Assembly (NCBI GenBank): GCA_965218425.1
Contig: OZ244621.1
Span: 448,001-512,000 of the forward strand
Direction: 5' to 3'
Origin: an uncultured Candidatus Binatia bacterium
GTDB lineage: Bacteria > Desulfobacterota > Binatia > UBA9968 > CAXXLF01
Length of the DNA stretch: 64,000 nt
Shown here: piece by piece, positions 10,288 to 19,458 of the stretch
Layout of the letters: each line of letters starts with the position of its first letter
Numbering within the stretch: the stretch's first letter is position 1
Translations under genes and position numbers: made by a program
Notes under the pieces: model-generated
Database searches by the model: none
Seen by the model: only the letters and a program-made list of their open reading frames with translations
Told to the model about the DNA's origin: nothing

Positions 10288-11403
10288 ATGGCGCTAATTC
10301 TGAGCAATGAGGAGATTGAGGACTTGCTCAATGCGGAAGAATACCTGGATGCCCTTGAGGGCATTTATAGAGAGATTGCAAATGGAGTTGCTGCTAATAG
10401 CCCTCGCATTGATGTGCTTAAACCCGTGTCTTCTAAAGACGGTGGTTCAATAAACTATTACATGATGAAAACCATGTCGGGAGTGGCTTCGCAATACGCT
10501 GCTATACGGTTATTAAGCGATCTTGTCTGGTTTCCAGAAGTCGGGAGAGAGGTTAGAAAAGACCGGCTTCCAGAACATCGGCATCGCTATAGCACTACGA
10601 GGGGATTAATCCTCCTCTTTAGTCCCAAGAGCGGTGAACTTCTGGCCGTTATGAGTGAAGGTTATATTCGGAATGTTCGAGTAGGAGCGGCAGCGGCCAT
10701 TGCTGCGCGATATCTCGCTCGGGAGGACGCTCACTCTGTGGGATTACTCGGGAGCGGCTTTTTAGCAAAGGCTCATCTGGAAGCCCTTTCTCATGTACGC
10801 GAGCTTCATAAAGTTCAAGTCTATAGCCCTAACCCCGAGCATCGTAATCAATTCGCTGAAGAGTTGAGGGATCAGATGGGCATTGAAGTTATTGCCTCAA
10901 AGAGCCCGCAGGACGCAGTAGCAGCCACAGATATTGTAATTTTAGCGACCAATTCCCTGCAACCGGTCATCAAGGCCGAATGGCTCGAACCGGGCATGTA
11001 TTTCACGTGTGTCCGGCATTGCGAGATTAGTCGTGAATCCTTTCACCGGTCGAATCTGGTTGTGCTCAACTCGAAAATTCATTTCGGAGTTCAATATTAT
11101 CTAGCCGACACTGACGCTTCTTTGCCGCAAAGTCTCGCTATGGACTATGAAAGAGGATATCCACCAGGAGATGTTAAAGACATTTCTTGGAACGAGCTCC
11201 CTGATCTCGCGGATCTGACTGCAGGTAAACATCCGGGACGCACCGACAAGCGTGAGATTATTTGCTTTAACAATAGCGTGGGGTTCGGCTTGCAGTTCAC
11301 TGCTTGCGCAGGGAGGGCATACGAGCTGGCTAAAAAGAAAGGTGTAGGTCAAGAAATGCCGAGAGACTGGTCCTTAGACGTGGTACGTCCGCACTCTAGG
11401 TAA
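10288..11403 (+). CDS. Ornithine cyclodeaminase / mu-crystallin family protein
   Basis: RVGAAAAIAARYLAREDA, GLLGSGFLA Rossmann motif, VGFGLQF. Confidence 0.92.
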   Translation: MALILSNEEIEDLLNAEEYLDALEGIYREIANGVAANSPRIDVLKPVSSKDGGSINYYMMKTMSGVASQYAAIRLLSDLVWFPEVGREVRKDRLPEHRHRYSTTRGLILLFSPKSGELLAVMSEGYIRNVRVGAAAAIAARYLAREDAHSVGLLGSGFLAKAHLEALSHVRELHKVQVYSPNPEHRNQFAEELRDQMGIEVIASKSPQDAVAATDIVILATNSLQPVIKAEWLEPGMYFTCVRHCEISRESFHRSNLVVLNSKIHFGVQYYLADTDASLPQSLAMDYERGYPPGDVKDISWNELPDLADLTAGKHPGRTDKREIICFNNSVGFGLQFTACAGRAYELAKKKGVGQEMPRDWSLDVVRPHSR

Positions 11404-11494
11404 ATCGTACCTGAAATAGCGTCAATAGAAATATGACGGCTATTGCCATGGACACTCAAGTTCAGATCACCATATTCAAAGAAAGGAGTCTAGT

Positions 11495-12502
11495 ATGTTA
11501 ATTGCGTCAACTGTCGCTTTGTGTTTTCTGTCGTTTTTCATCGCTGGACCAGCTGAGTCAGCGGAGCACTTTTACAAATCTAAAACTATCCGTGTAATAG
11601 TGCCATTTAGCCCAGGAGGTGGTTATGATCTCTACGCCCGCCTGTTGGCACGCCACATGGGGAGACATATACCAGGGAGTCCAAGGGTAATTGTGCAAAA
11701 CATACCTGGTGGTGGAGGGATGATCGCCCAGAATTTTGTCTACAGAGTGGCCAGACGTGATGGGCTCACCATAATGACAACAACAAGAGGCATTGCGTTG
11801 CAGCAAGTACTTGGGTTCAAAGGGGTCAAGTTTAACGCTGCTCATTTTACTTGGATTGGAAGTGCCAATGCAGAAAGCAAGGTCGCTATTGCAAGTAAGA
11901 ATAGCAACTTTAGGAACCTTAATGACGTGATCAATTCACCTAGCCCCATGGCTGTCGGGGGTGTCGGGCCAGGAATTGACGTCGACATTTACGCAAAAGC
12001 CCTAAGGGGAGTCTTGAATGCGAATCTGAAGCTGGTCACAGGGTACCGCGGCGGAGGACAACTTCTGGGAGCGATAGAACAAGGGGAGTTAGACGGGTTG
12101 TTTGGTTTTTCTTGGTCTACGGTGAAGGCCCGGCGGCCCCCTTTTATCAATGTTATAGGTGATCTGAGTTTGTCGCGGAATTCCGAACTGAAAGACATGG
12201 GCGTAACATGGATATTTGATCTTCCGATGTCTGTTGAATCTAAGCAGATGCTTGAGTTGCTCTTTTCCCCTTCCAAGATGGGTCGTCCGTTCGCAGGACC
12301 CCCTGAGGTTCCCGCAGACCGAGTCAAGGTATTGAGGCGAGCCTTTGCCGACACAGTTAAGGACCCAAAATTTGTCGCTGAGGCTAACCGAGCACGTCTT
12401 GGGATTCAGCCGCTTGCGGGAGAAAAAGTCACTAAAACCGTGGAGAGTATTTTGAATTCCAAGCCAGATATTCTCGACAGGATTCGGGGAATCCTTAAGT
12501 AA
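11495..12502 (+). CDS. Tripartite tricarboxylate transporter (Bug/TctC) substrate-binding protein
   Basis: Signal peptide; VPFSPGGGYDLYARLLARH, NIPGGGG, DGLT motifs. Confidence 0.92.
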   Translation: MLIASTVALCFLSFFIAGPAESAEHFYKSKTIRVIVPFSPGGGYDLYARLLARHMGRHIPGSPRVIVQNIPGGGGMIAQNFVYRVARRDGLTIMTTTRGIALQQVLGFKGVKFNAAHFTWIGSANAESKVAIASKNSNFRNLNDVINSPSPMAVGGVGPGIDVDIYAKALRGVLNANLKLVTGYRGGGQLLGAIEQGELDGLFGFSWSTVKARRPPFINVIGDLSLSRNSELKDMGVTWIFDLPMSVESKQMLELLFSPSKMGRPFAGPPEVPADRVKVLRRAFADTVKDPKFVAEANRARLGIQPLAGEKVTKTVESILNSKPDILDRIRGILK

Positions 12503-12662
12503 ACCCAGAAAAGCAGCCCGGGTTCAATAACTTCCACAACAAACTGACGACTGCCAAATTGTGTTTCGCTAGTCTATTCTGAGGACCCAGTATTCTGTGT
12601 GGCGTCGACCCGCCTTATCATTGCTGTGAGGGTGCCTAGACGAGCTCCTGGTGCAGAGTTAA

Positions 12663-13409
12663 ATGAATCTCCGCAGCGAAGAGTGGTTGATAGGATTTGT
12701 GATTTTGATCACAGGCGGTTTCATAAAAGGAACAGTGGGCATGGGATTTCCTCTTTTCAGCGCACCCTTTTTAGCACCACACCTTGGAGTACAATATACT
12801 GTTACGTTCCTGGCTTTACCGATGTTTTTGACGAGCGTCTACATGACGCTCAACGAAGGTCGTTTACTGTCAACTCTTAGGCGCTTCTGGTCATTGATCG
12901 TTTTGCTTTTTCCAGGAACCTGGCTAGGTGTGCTTGGGCTGTCTGTGCTGGATCCATCGGTTCTATTTATTGTTTTGGGGCTCGTTACTATTATGTTTGT
13001 GTTGCTGAACTTTGTTCAGATCAAATCCAATCTTTCCTCTCAACAGGAAATCTGGATGAGTCCAACAGCGGGACTATTGGCAGGTTTAACAGGTGGGATG
13101 ACCGCGATTTATGGGCCTCCTATCTCTATATTTCTGGTCACCTTGAGGTTAGAAAAAAATGAATTTGCAGCGTCGGTAGTTTTGATAAATCTATTTGCTT
13201 CCGTTCCCTTGCTTTCATCGCTTGTTGTACGTGGACTTTTGGGACTTGAGGAAGCAATCTTTTCGGCATCTGCCTCACTGCCCGTGTTCATAGGTATGGT
13301 GCTCGGGAGGAAGTTGCGGAGCATTATCGATCAAGAACTCTTTACAAGGATTGTCCTCATCGTGCTGTTGGTTGGAGGAGTGAACCTAGTAAGGAAGGCT
13401 TTTATGTGA
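12663..13409 (+). CDS. TauE/SafE-family sulfite exporter
   Basis: GGFIKGTVGMGFP and GLTGGMTAIYGPP repeats, about 8 TM helices. Confidence 0.9.
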   Translation: MNLRSEEWLIGFVILITGGFIKGTVGMGFPLFSAPFLAPHLGVQYTVTFLALPMFLTSVYMTLNEGRLLSTLRRFWSLIVLLFPGTWLGVLGLSVLDPSVLFIVLGLVTIMFVLLNFVQIKSNLSSQQEIWMSPTAGLLAGLTGGMTAIYGPPISIFLVTLRLEKNEFAASVVLINLFASVPLLSSLVVRGLLGLEEAIFSASASLPVFIGMVLGRKLRSIIDQELFTRIVLIVLLVGGVNLVRKAFM

Positions 13410-13485
13410 GCTGCCACTTGGATGTATAATGTTTTACGACGTATAACGTCGAGAGCGCGGAGCGAAAGATTGAAAGCCGGAATCT

Positions 13486-15693
13486 ATGTTGGCGAGAAAG
13501 CAATATATCAGAGACACCGTCCGTACGGCTCTAGCCTCTGGGCGCAAAACGCTGTCGGAGGGGGAATCGAAGCGATTGCTTCGGGCGGCGAGGGTTCATG
13601 TGGTGAAGGGGAGACTGGTGGGCGATGCGAACGCTGCAGCCCAGGCGTCTTCTCAGATAGGGTTCCCCGTCACCCTCAAGGCCTCGGGAACAGGTATCTG
13701 GCACAAGACCGACCTAGGCCTGATTCAATGGGATCTAAGCACAAAGAATTCAGTCAGTAAGGCCTATAAAAGGATTGCTTCCTCTTTGAAGAGGCATTCC
13801 TTATTGGGTAGTGTCGACGGTATCTTGGTGGAGGAGCATCTTGCGCAGGCGCCTGAGCTTATCCTGGGATTTAGGCGAGATCCGTCGTTAGGGCCTATGG
13901 TCATGCTGGGAGCCGGCGGAATTTATACGGAGAGAATCGATGATGTAGCGTTTGCCCTGGCTCCAGTGAGTGCCGCAGAGGTACGCAGGATGTTGCGGCA
14001 GCTTCGCTGCTTTCCAATTCTGGCGGGTGGTTATCGCGGCTTGCGCAAGAACGATCTCGATTCAATTGTTCATGCCGTTCTGGCTTTGGCTGGCAAAAAT
14101 GGTCTCGGCCTTTCTCTTAAAGAACTTTCTGTTATTGATATCAATCCAATCCGTCTCTATCCGCATGGCTATTATGTGCTTGATGCTAAGATCCGCCTCT
14201 CGGAGCCCCCTGAGAGAGATGATACATTGGAGGATGGGGAGCGCCCGGGGAAGGAGATCTTGTCAGAATTTGCCCCGCTCTTTCGACCGAAGTCGGTCGC
14301 TTACATTGGGGCGTCGCCCACTAGTCGAAACATAGTAACGCAAATGATGAGGGCTACAAAGGATATGGGTTTTACTGGATCGATTTATCCTATACATCCA
14401 AAGGCCCGGTCCATTGACGGATCGCGGGCCTATCGGAATTTGGCAGAAGTCCCAGAAGTGGTTGACCTTGCCTGTGTTGGAATTTCTGCAAACAGCATTC
14501 CCGATATACTGAATGAAGCAAAAGGAAAGGCAAAATTTGCCCACATCTTGTCGGGTGGATTTGGCGAGATGGGAAAGTCGGGTCATCAACTAGAGGCGAA
14601 GGTTTTAGCAGCGGCACGGGCCGCTGGGATGCGCATTCTAGGCCCCAATTGCATGGGTGTTCACTGCCCGGAGGGGCAAATCACCTGTATCGACGGAGCC
14701 GAATTAGGTCCTGGTGTTGTTGGTTTCGTGTCGCAGAGTGGCGGGTTCGGGACCGATGCCATTCGCCGAGGTAATTCCCGCGGCCTGGCCTTTAGCAAGG
14801 TCATTACTGTGGGGAATAGTATCGACCTGGATTGTGCTGATTTTATCCGATACCTCGCCATTGATCCTAAAACGGACGTTATCTTGGTTTATGTTGAGTC
14901 CGTCCGAAATGGACGTGCATTTTTTCAGGCTTGCAAGCTGGCAGCTTTGCGTAAGCCTGTATTTATACTAAAAGGAGGCTTGTCGAAGCACGGAAGCCGC
15001 GCAGCTTTGAGTCATACGGGGAGATTGTCCGGCGGAAGGACAGAGTGGTTCGATCTGATCAGGCAGGCTGGGGCCGTACCGGTACATTCGCTCGACGAGT
15101 TACTCGATGCGGCGGTTGCGATTCAGGGAGGGTCTCTGCCTCAAGGAAGGCGGCTTTTGCTCTGTGGTCAGGGTGGCGGGGCGTCCGTGGTTGCTGCAGA
15201 TGCAGCACAACGTTTAGGGTTGTCCGTCCCGCCACTTGACGCTAAGACCCGTACCCGTGTCGAGCTTTTGGGTCTCCCACCGGGAACTTCCCGGGATAAT
15301 CCGATTGACGCCCCGGTTGGGACGCTTCAGGTGGACAACGGAGGCTTATTCCGTCGACTTGTGGAGACGGTCTCCTCTCGTCACCGGTTTGATTTGGCGC
15401 TCATGCACATTAATTTGCAGATGGTTGTTTCTTTTGCCCCCTACCCAAAGGAGGTCATTCAGAATTTTATTGAGACGGCGGCGTTCATCCGACAACGAGG
15501 CTTGATTGTTCTAGTTGTGCTCAGAACTACAGGAGAGGGGTTTCTCGAAGACTACCGAGCAGGAGCAGCGGTCCTCGCACGACAATATAAACTCCCCGTA
15601 TTCCAGGAGATTAATAATGCCCTGATGGCGGTAGTGGCCTTGAGGACATATGCCGACCTTCATGCGAATCCACGGAGGGACCAGAATGGCTGA
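13486..15693 (+). CDS. Acetate/acyl-CoA ligase (ADP-forming) family, ATP-grasp domain first
   Basis: LSEGESKRLL, HKTD.G, DINPI; PKSVAYIGAS, ILGPNCMG, SQSGG, SHTG. Confidence 0.92.
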   Translation: MLARKQYIRDTVRTALASGRKTLSEGESKRLLRAARVHVVKGRLVGDANAAAQASSQIGFPVTLKASGTGIWHKTDLGLIQWDLSTKNSVSKAYKRIASSLKRHSLLGSVDGILVEEHLAQAPELILGFRRDPSLGPMVMLGAGGIYTERIDDVAFALAPVSAAEVRRMLRQLRCFPILAGGYRGLRKNDLDSIVHAVLALAGKNGLGLSLKELSVIDINPIRLYPHGYYVLDAKIRLSEPPERDDTLEDGERPGKEILSEFAPLFRPKSVAYIGASPTSRNIVTQMMRATKDMGFTGSIYPIHPKARSIDGSRAYRNLAEVPEVVDLACVGISANSIPDILNEAKGKAKFAHILSGGFGEMGKSGHQLEAKVLAAARAAGMRILGPNCMGVHCPEGQITCIDGAELGPGVVGFVSQSGGFGTDAIRRGNSRGLAFSKVITVGNSIDLDCADFIRYLAIDPKTDVILVYVESVRNGRAFFQACKLAALRKPVFILKGGLSKHGSRAALSHTGRLSGGRTEWFDLIRQAGAVPVHSLDELLDAAVAIQGGSLPQGRRLLLCGQGGGASVVAADAAQRLGLSVPPLDAKTRTRVELLGLPPGTSRDNPIDAPVGTLQVDNGGLFRRLVETVSSRHRFDLALMHINLQMVVSFAPYPKEVIQNFIETAAFIRQRGLIVLVVLRTTGEGFLEDYRAGAAVLARQYKLPVFQEINNALMAVVALRTYADLHANPRRDQNG

Positions 15694-16465
15694 TGTCGAG
15701 TTCGATAGAGAGGATGGGATAGCACTTGTAACGTTGAATCGGCCCAAAGCTCTAAACGCGATTTCTCGTGAGATGTGGCGACAGCTTATTGAGATTTGGG
15801 ATGAGATACGCAGCGATGAAGCTATCCGGGCCGTCGTTGTGAGCGGAAACGGAGATAGGGCCTTTTGCTCGGGGCTCGATCTCAAAGAATGGAGTCAGCT
15901 CGGGGATCCTCGTGTGCGCGATTTTTGGGAGGCTAGCGGTCCGAGAGATCTTGGACGCGGGTCGCAGATCTGGAAGCCGATGATCGCGGCCGTCCACGGG
16001 TATTGTTTAGCTGGCGGTTTTGAGATCGCATTAGCTTGCGACATCCGAGTTGCCAGCGAAGACGCAACATTCGGATTCCCAGAAATCAAACGGGGGTTTT
16101 TCCCAGGAACAGGCGGAACCGTGCGCCTCTCCCGGATGATGCCACTGGGCCTCGCGTTTGAGATGCTTTATACGGGAAGGACGATCTCCGCTGAGGAGGC
16201 GCTACGATTCGGTCTAATCAATCGCATTGTGCAGCGGGGTGACTTATTTTCAGAGGTAAAACAGCTTGCCCAGGTGATCGCCAACGGCCCACCTTTGGCC
16301 CTTCAGGCCGTGAAGGAAGTCGTCCTCCGTAGCTTGGACCTTCCTTTTGCGGAGGCTATCCGGCTAGAGGCCGGCCTGCGTGCGCTTATAGGCCACACGG
16401 AAGATGCTCAAGAAGGCCCGCGGGCCTTTGCGGAAAAGCGTAAACCGACCTTTCGGGGAAAATGA
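15686..16465 (+). CDS. Enoyl-CoA hydratase/isomerase family protein
   Basis: LNRPKALNA, AFCSGLDL, AGGFEIALACD, FGFPE; overlaps the upstream stop. Confidence 0.95.
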   Translation: MADVEFDREDGIALVTLNRPKALNAISREMWRQLIEIWDEIRSDEAIRAVVVSGNGDRAFCSGLDLKEWSQLGDPRVRDFWEASGPRDLGRGSQIWKPMIAAVHGYCLAGGFEIALACDIRVASEDATFGFPEIKRGFFPGTGGTVRLSRMMPLGLAFEMLYTGRTISAEEALRFGLINRIVQRGDLFSEVKQLAQVIANGPPLALQAVKEVVLRSLDLPFAEAIRLEAGLRALIGHTEDAQEGPRAFAEKRKPTFRGK

Positions 16466-16844
16466 TGAGAATACACGCCAGGATGAGCAGCTTCGCCATA
16501 GTACCTGTCTGCACCATGGCGGTCATTAATAGCTCCTACAATGTAACTGTTCCAGATTTGTTTAGGATCGCAATGCTTATCCCTTGGGACTACGTTCTCT
16601 AAAACCCTATTCTGGTCTTTTAAACTGAGTTACTATTCCTGATTTCTCCACAGCGTTCCAATCGACCGCACGCTGCGCGAGGTAATTCACCATCAGTGAC
16701 CCTGGCATTCCCGCTCTTAACTTGCAGCAGTATAATCTTTATGCGATCTGTATTTTTTTCTCGTTTGACACCTCAAGTGAGCCCACTTGATGACAGATCA
16801 AACGTTCTGACCTAACTCCAGCTCCCACAAGACTATTTGCTGAC

Positions 16845-16865
16845 CTGTCCGTGAATTGTCCGAGT
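16845..16865. repeat. 21-bp exact direct repeat (second copy 19124-19144; inverted 17/20 copy at 1916-1935)
   Basis: CTGTCCGTGAATTGTCCGAGT with an internal TGTCCG direct repeat, as in integrase arm-type sites. Confidence 0.85.
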
Positions 16866-16981
16866 ATTTATTAAACGGGGACGGATTACAGATCAATTCT
16901 CGAGGCCGCCCCGTCCGTTCGCAGCCATAATGAGATTATACCGGTCAGTATTTGCTGTTCTGGTGAACTGCCGAATTAGGC

Positions 16982-17038
16982 TTGACAACGATTTGGAAAG
17001 TCACGAGAATCACACATGCCGCGTAGAAGTTGTTAGCT
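16982..17038 (+). promoter_or_regulatory. Putative integron cassette promoter and attI-like core
   Basis: TTGACA(16982-16987)-17 nt-GAGAAT(17005-17010); GTTAGCT core at 17032-17038 just before the first cassette. Confidence 0.55.
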
Positions 17039-17078
17039 AGAGTATGCTGACCAGCATAATCCTAGCTAGGCACCAACA

Positions 17079-17654
17079 ATAGATCCCGTCTTCACGATTC
17101 AATGGTCAGAGTTTCTCCTGGCAAATCGATTAACCAAGCTACTTCCGAAGTCTCGCGGCTATTCAGTTATGATCCCGACATCCCGACAGGAGAAGGCAAT
17201 AGATCTAGCCGTTGTTCGAAAGCAGCCAAACGGTGCATCACGGGTCGTTACCTTTCAGGTCAAGGCTTCCCGTACCTACTCGCACGAGCCGCCAAAGCGC
17301 GAGTCCACGCAGCGGTTCCGCTTTTACACATGGTTCAATAGATTTTCCGTGCCTGATGAAACTGACTTCTTTCTCCTAGTCGGTATGTATGCACCCGATG
17401 CAGCCCGTACAAAGCCTGTCGGGCCGCATTGGTATAAGGACTGTACACTCCTATTCACATTAAAGGAAATGAAAAGGTTCATGTCTTCTTGCCTGACAGT
17501 TAGGGGAACTGAAGATAAGATGTTCGGATTCGGCTTCGACAATGAGAAAAAGGTGGTTCAAACCCGTGGCGACCGTCATAGGCGAGGACTGGACTTCACT
17601 TCCTACCTACTCGACAACAGGATTGCGATTGTGGAGAAAGCCCTTGGCACTTAA
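17079..17654 (+). CDS. Gene cassette 1: hypothetical PD-(D/E)XK-like nuclease-fold protein; original start probably mutated to ATA
   Basis: Frame is open upstream of 17169 (IDPVFTIQWSEFLLANRL...); E...IDL...FQVKASR motif; stop codon lies inside attC. Confidence 0.6.
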   Translation: MDPVFTIQWSEFLLANRLTKLLPKSRGYSVMIPTSRQEKAIDLAVVRKQPNGASRVVTFQVKASRTYSHEPPKRESTQRFRFYTWFNRFSVPDETDFFLLVGMYAPDAARTKPVGPHWYKDCTLLFTLKEMKRFMSSCLTVRGTEDKMFGFGFDNEKKVVQTRGDRHRRGLDFTSYLLDNRIAIVEKALGT

Positions 17655-17715
17655 AAAGCGGCTCTAGGGCGACGGTGCGCCTCTTGCTCGCCGCGCCTGA
17701 GCCACATCGTTAGGC
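17649..17715 (+). other. attC site (integron cassette recombination site)
   Basis: Degenerate R'' ACTTAAA, arm GGCTC[T]AGG[G]CG pairing with CGCCTGAGCC (two extrahelical bases), R' GTTAGGC. Confidence 0.8.
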
Positions 17716-17751
17716 ATCACCGCGTCATTGACGTTGACACCGGATGACTAC

Positions 17752-18819
17752 ATGAATATCTGGCAGATTGCCTGTGGTGAGCCGGGACGCGACTATCGAG
17801 ACGTATTCCTTCGTCACGATGTAATGCTAATTGGCCCTGGTTGGCCCGGACGATTCGATGAAAAGATATATCGAAAAGCACTGAATGACGGAGACGTGCA
17901 ACGCGGCCATTTCAACCAGATTCGCTCCTTTAAGGAGAATCCTATGCCAGGCGACCTTGTGCTTCTCCGAATTGGCCATGACGTTATTAGAATCGGAGTT
18001 ATTCCTGAATCAGGCGAAGCTGGTTACGGTTGGAGCGATACCTTCGACGACATCTTGGGCTGGAACTTGGAACACTACCGGCGTGTCATTTGGGGTCAGC
18101 CACGCTCAGCTGCTCTGCTGGAGACTGGGCAGCCGCTCTTTTCCAATTACAAGAAACAGCCCACCTTCACTGGCGTCCACGAGCGTTGAATCACGCGTTT
18201 GGCTAAGGACCTAGCTCGCAGGGTGCCAAAAAGAAGACTTAAGAGGCTCCCTCCGGAGAATAAGGCGATGTCCCTCGAGGATTCTGGAGTACAACTCTTT
18301 CAAGACGGCTTGTCAAATGAATCCGTCAAGAGGGCAATCGATGCAATTGAGAAGACGCGCCGCCTGGGGAGTTGGTACAATGAGACCTCTTTGAGTGGGC
18401 GTGAGCCCTCGGAGCATGAGATCATTGCCCATACCACGGTTCCCTTGATGTTTGCCTTGGGTTGGTCGGAGCAACTGCTTGCTGTGGAGTGGGAGCATAT
18501 TGATCTTGCCTTCTTTGATCATACACCCACGGACCCGAAGCATTGTACGATGATTTGTGAGGCAAAACACCCGTACAAGCCACTTGAGAGCGCGCTGGAA
18601 CAAGCAATACACTATGTTCGGGTAATGGAGCTCAAGAACTGTCGAAAGATCCTGCTAACATCGGGGACTCGACTACTGACCTACCGCCGTCGCGGCAATG
18701 AGTGGCAGCTCAACGGGTATGCTAACTTGATGAAGCTTCGCATGAATCATGCGATTCCCAGGGGAGTCAGTGCCAGCGCAACTTTGATGAACCTAGTTCC
18801 TGCTAGGGTTGGCAGGTGA
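17752..18819 (+). pseudogene. Gene cassette 2: restriction/defence-like protein with C-terminal HsdR_N-like PD-(D/E)XK domain, split by one TGA (18187-18189)
   Basis: ORFs 17728-18189 and 18199-18819 are in the same frame (HER*ITRLAKD). C-terminal SEHE...PLMFALGW...VE..HIDLAFF...ICEAK...ALEQAIHY. Confidence 0.7.
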
Positions 18820-18902
18820 GCACAACGGCGCTCCCAGAAAAGAATGTCGCAGCTATTTGTTACAACAGGTGGATTGACCCATTATCCAACAGAAAAATGA
18901 GT

Positions 18903-18956
18903 GCGTAACTAACGGCTTGAGGAGACGCCTTGCGCTCCTCAGCCTTCGCGTTAGAC
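18903..18956 (+). other. attC site
   Basis: R'' GCGTAAC (one mismatch to the complement of the cassette-opening GTTAGGC), arm GGCT[T]GAGGAG[A]CGC pairing with GCGCTCCTCAGCC, R' GTTAGAC. Confidence 0.82.
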
Positions 18957-19458
18957 CTCCCCAAAAGAAATGCCCTCAGAACGCAATTGAAGGACGCTTC
19001 AATCCAACGTTAAAGCAAAGATTACCTTCCAACCACCATTTGATATAGGAAAAGGGTTAGCGCGTTTGATTGATAGTCAAACGAGCCATGCCAAGGTTAT
19101 GAATTGACACAGCTTTTTACCTTCTGTCCGTGAATTGTCCGAGTCTTAGGAGCAGTCCTTCCTCCGACAAAAAGCGTATTCGGGACACAACCCAACACCT
19201 CTCAGTTATAGCAAAGATGGAAACCTTACCACCGCTTTGTCATTTGTTATTACCCAAAGGGCGTGGCTATTGTGGTATAATGATGAACGGCCTCACTGGG
19301 GACTCAACCTTAAATCCGAGGTGCAGTTTTTAATGGAGCAAAACCCCAGCTGTGCAATATGTGGTGGCCCAATACAATCTCTTGACATGACCTCTTGCAG
19401 CATCTAACATGCCGCTGTTCACGGACTTAGGTGATAAATAAAAGAGAGGGTTTCGCAG

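Noticed and set aside
16640..16780. Minus-strand peptide GVKREKNTDRIKIILLQVKSG resembling a nuclease fragment
   Set aside because: Short, no start codon, interrupted; cannot be supported as a feature.
18187..18189. In-frame TGA in cassette 2 as selenocysteine
   Set aside because: Context HER*ITR is not a Cys/redox motif and no convincing SECIS follows; CGA>TGA is more likely.
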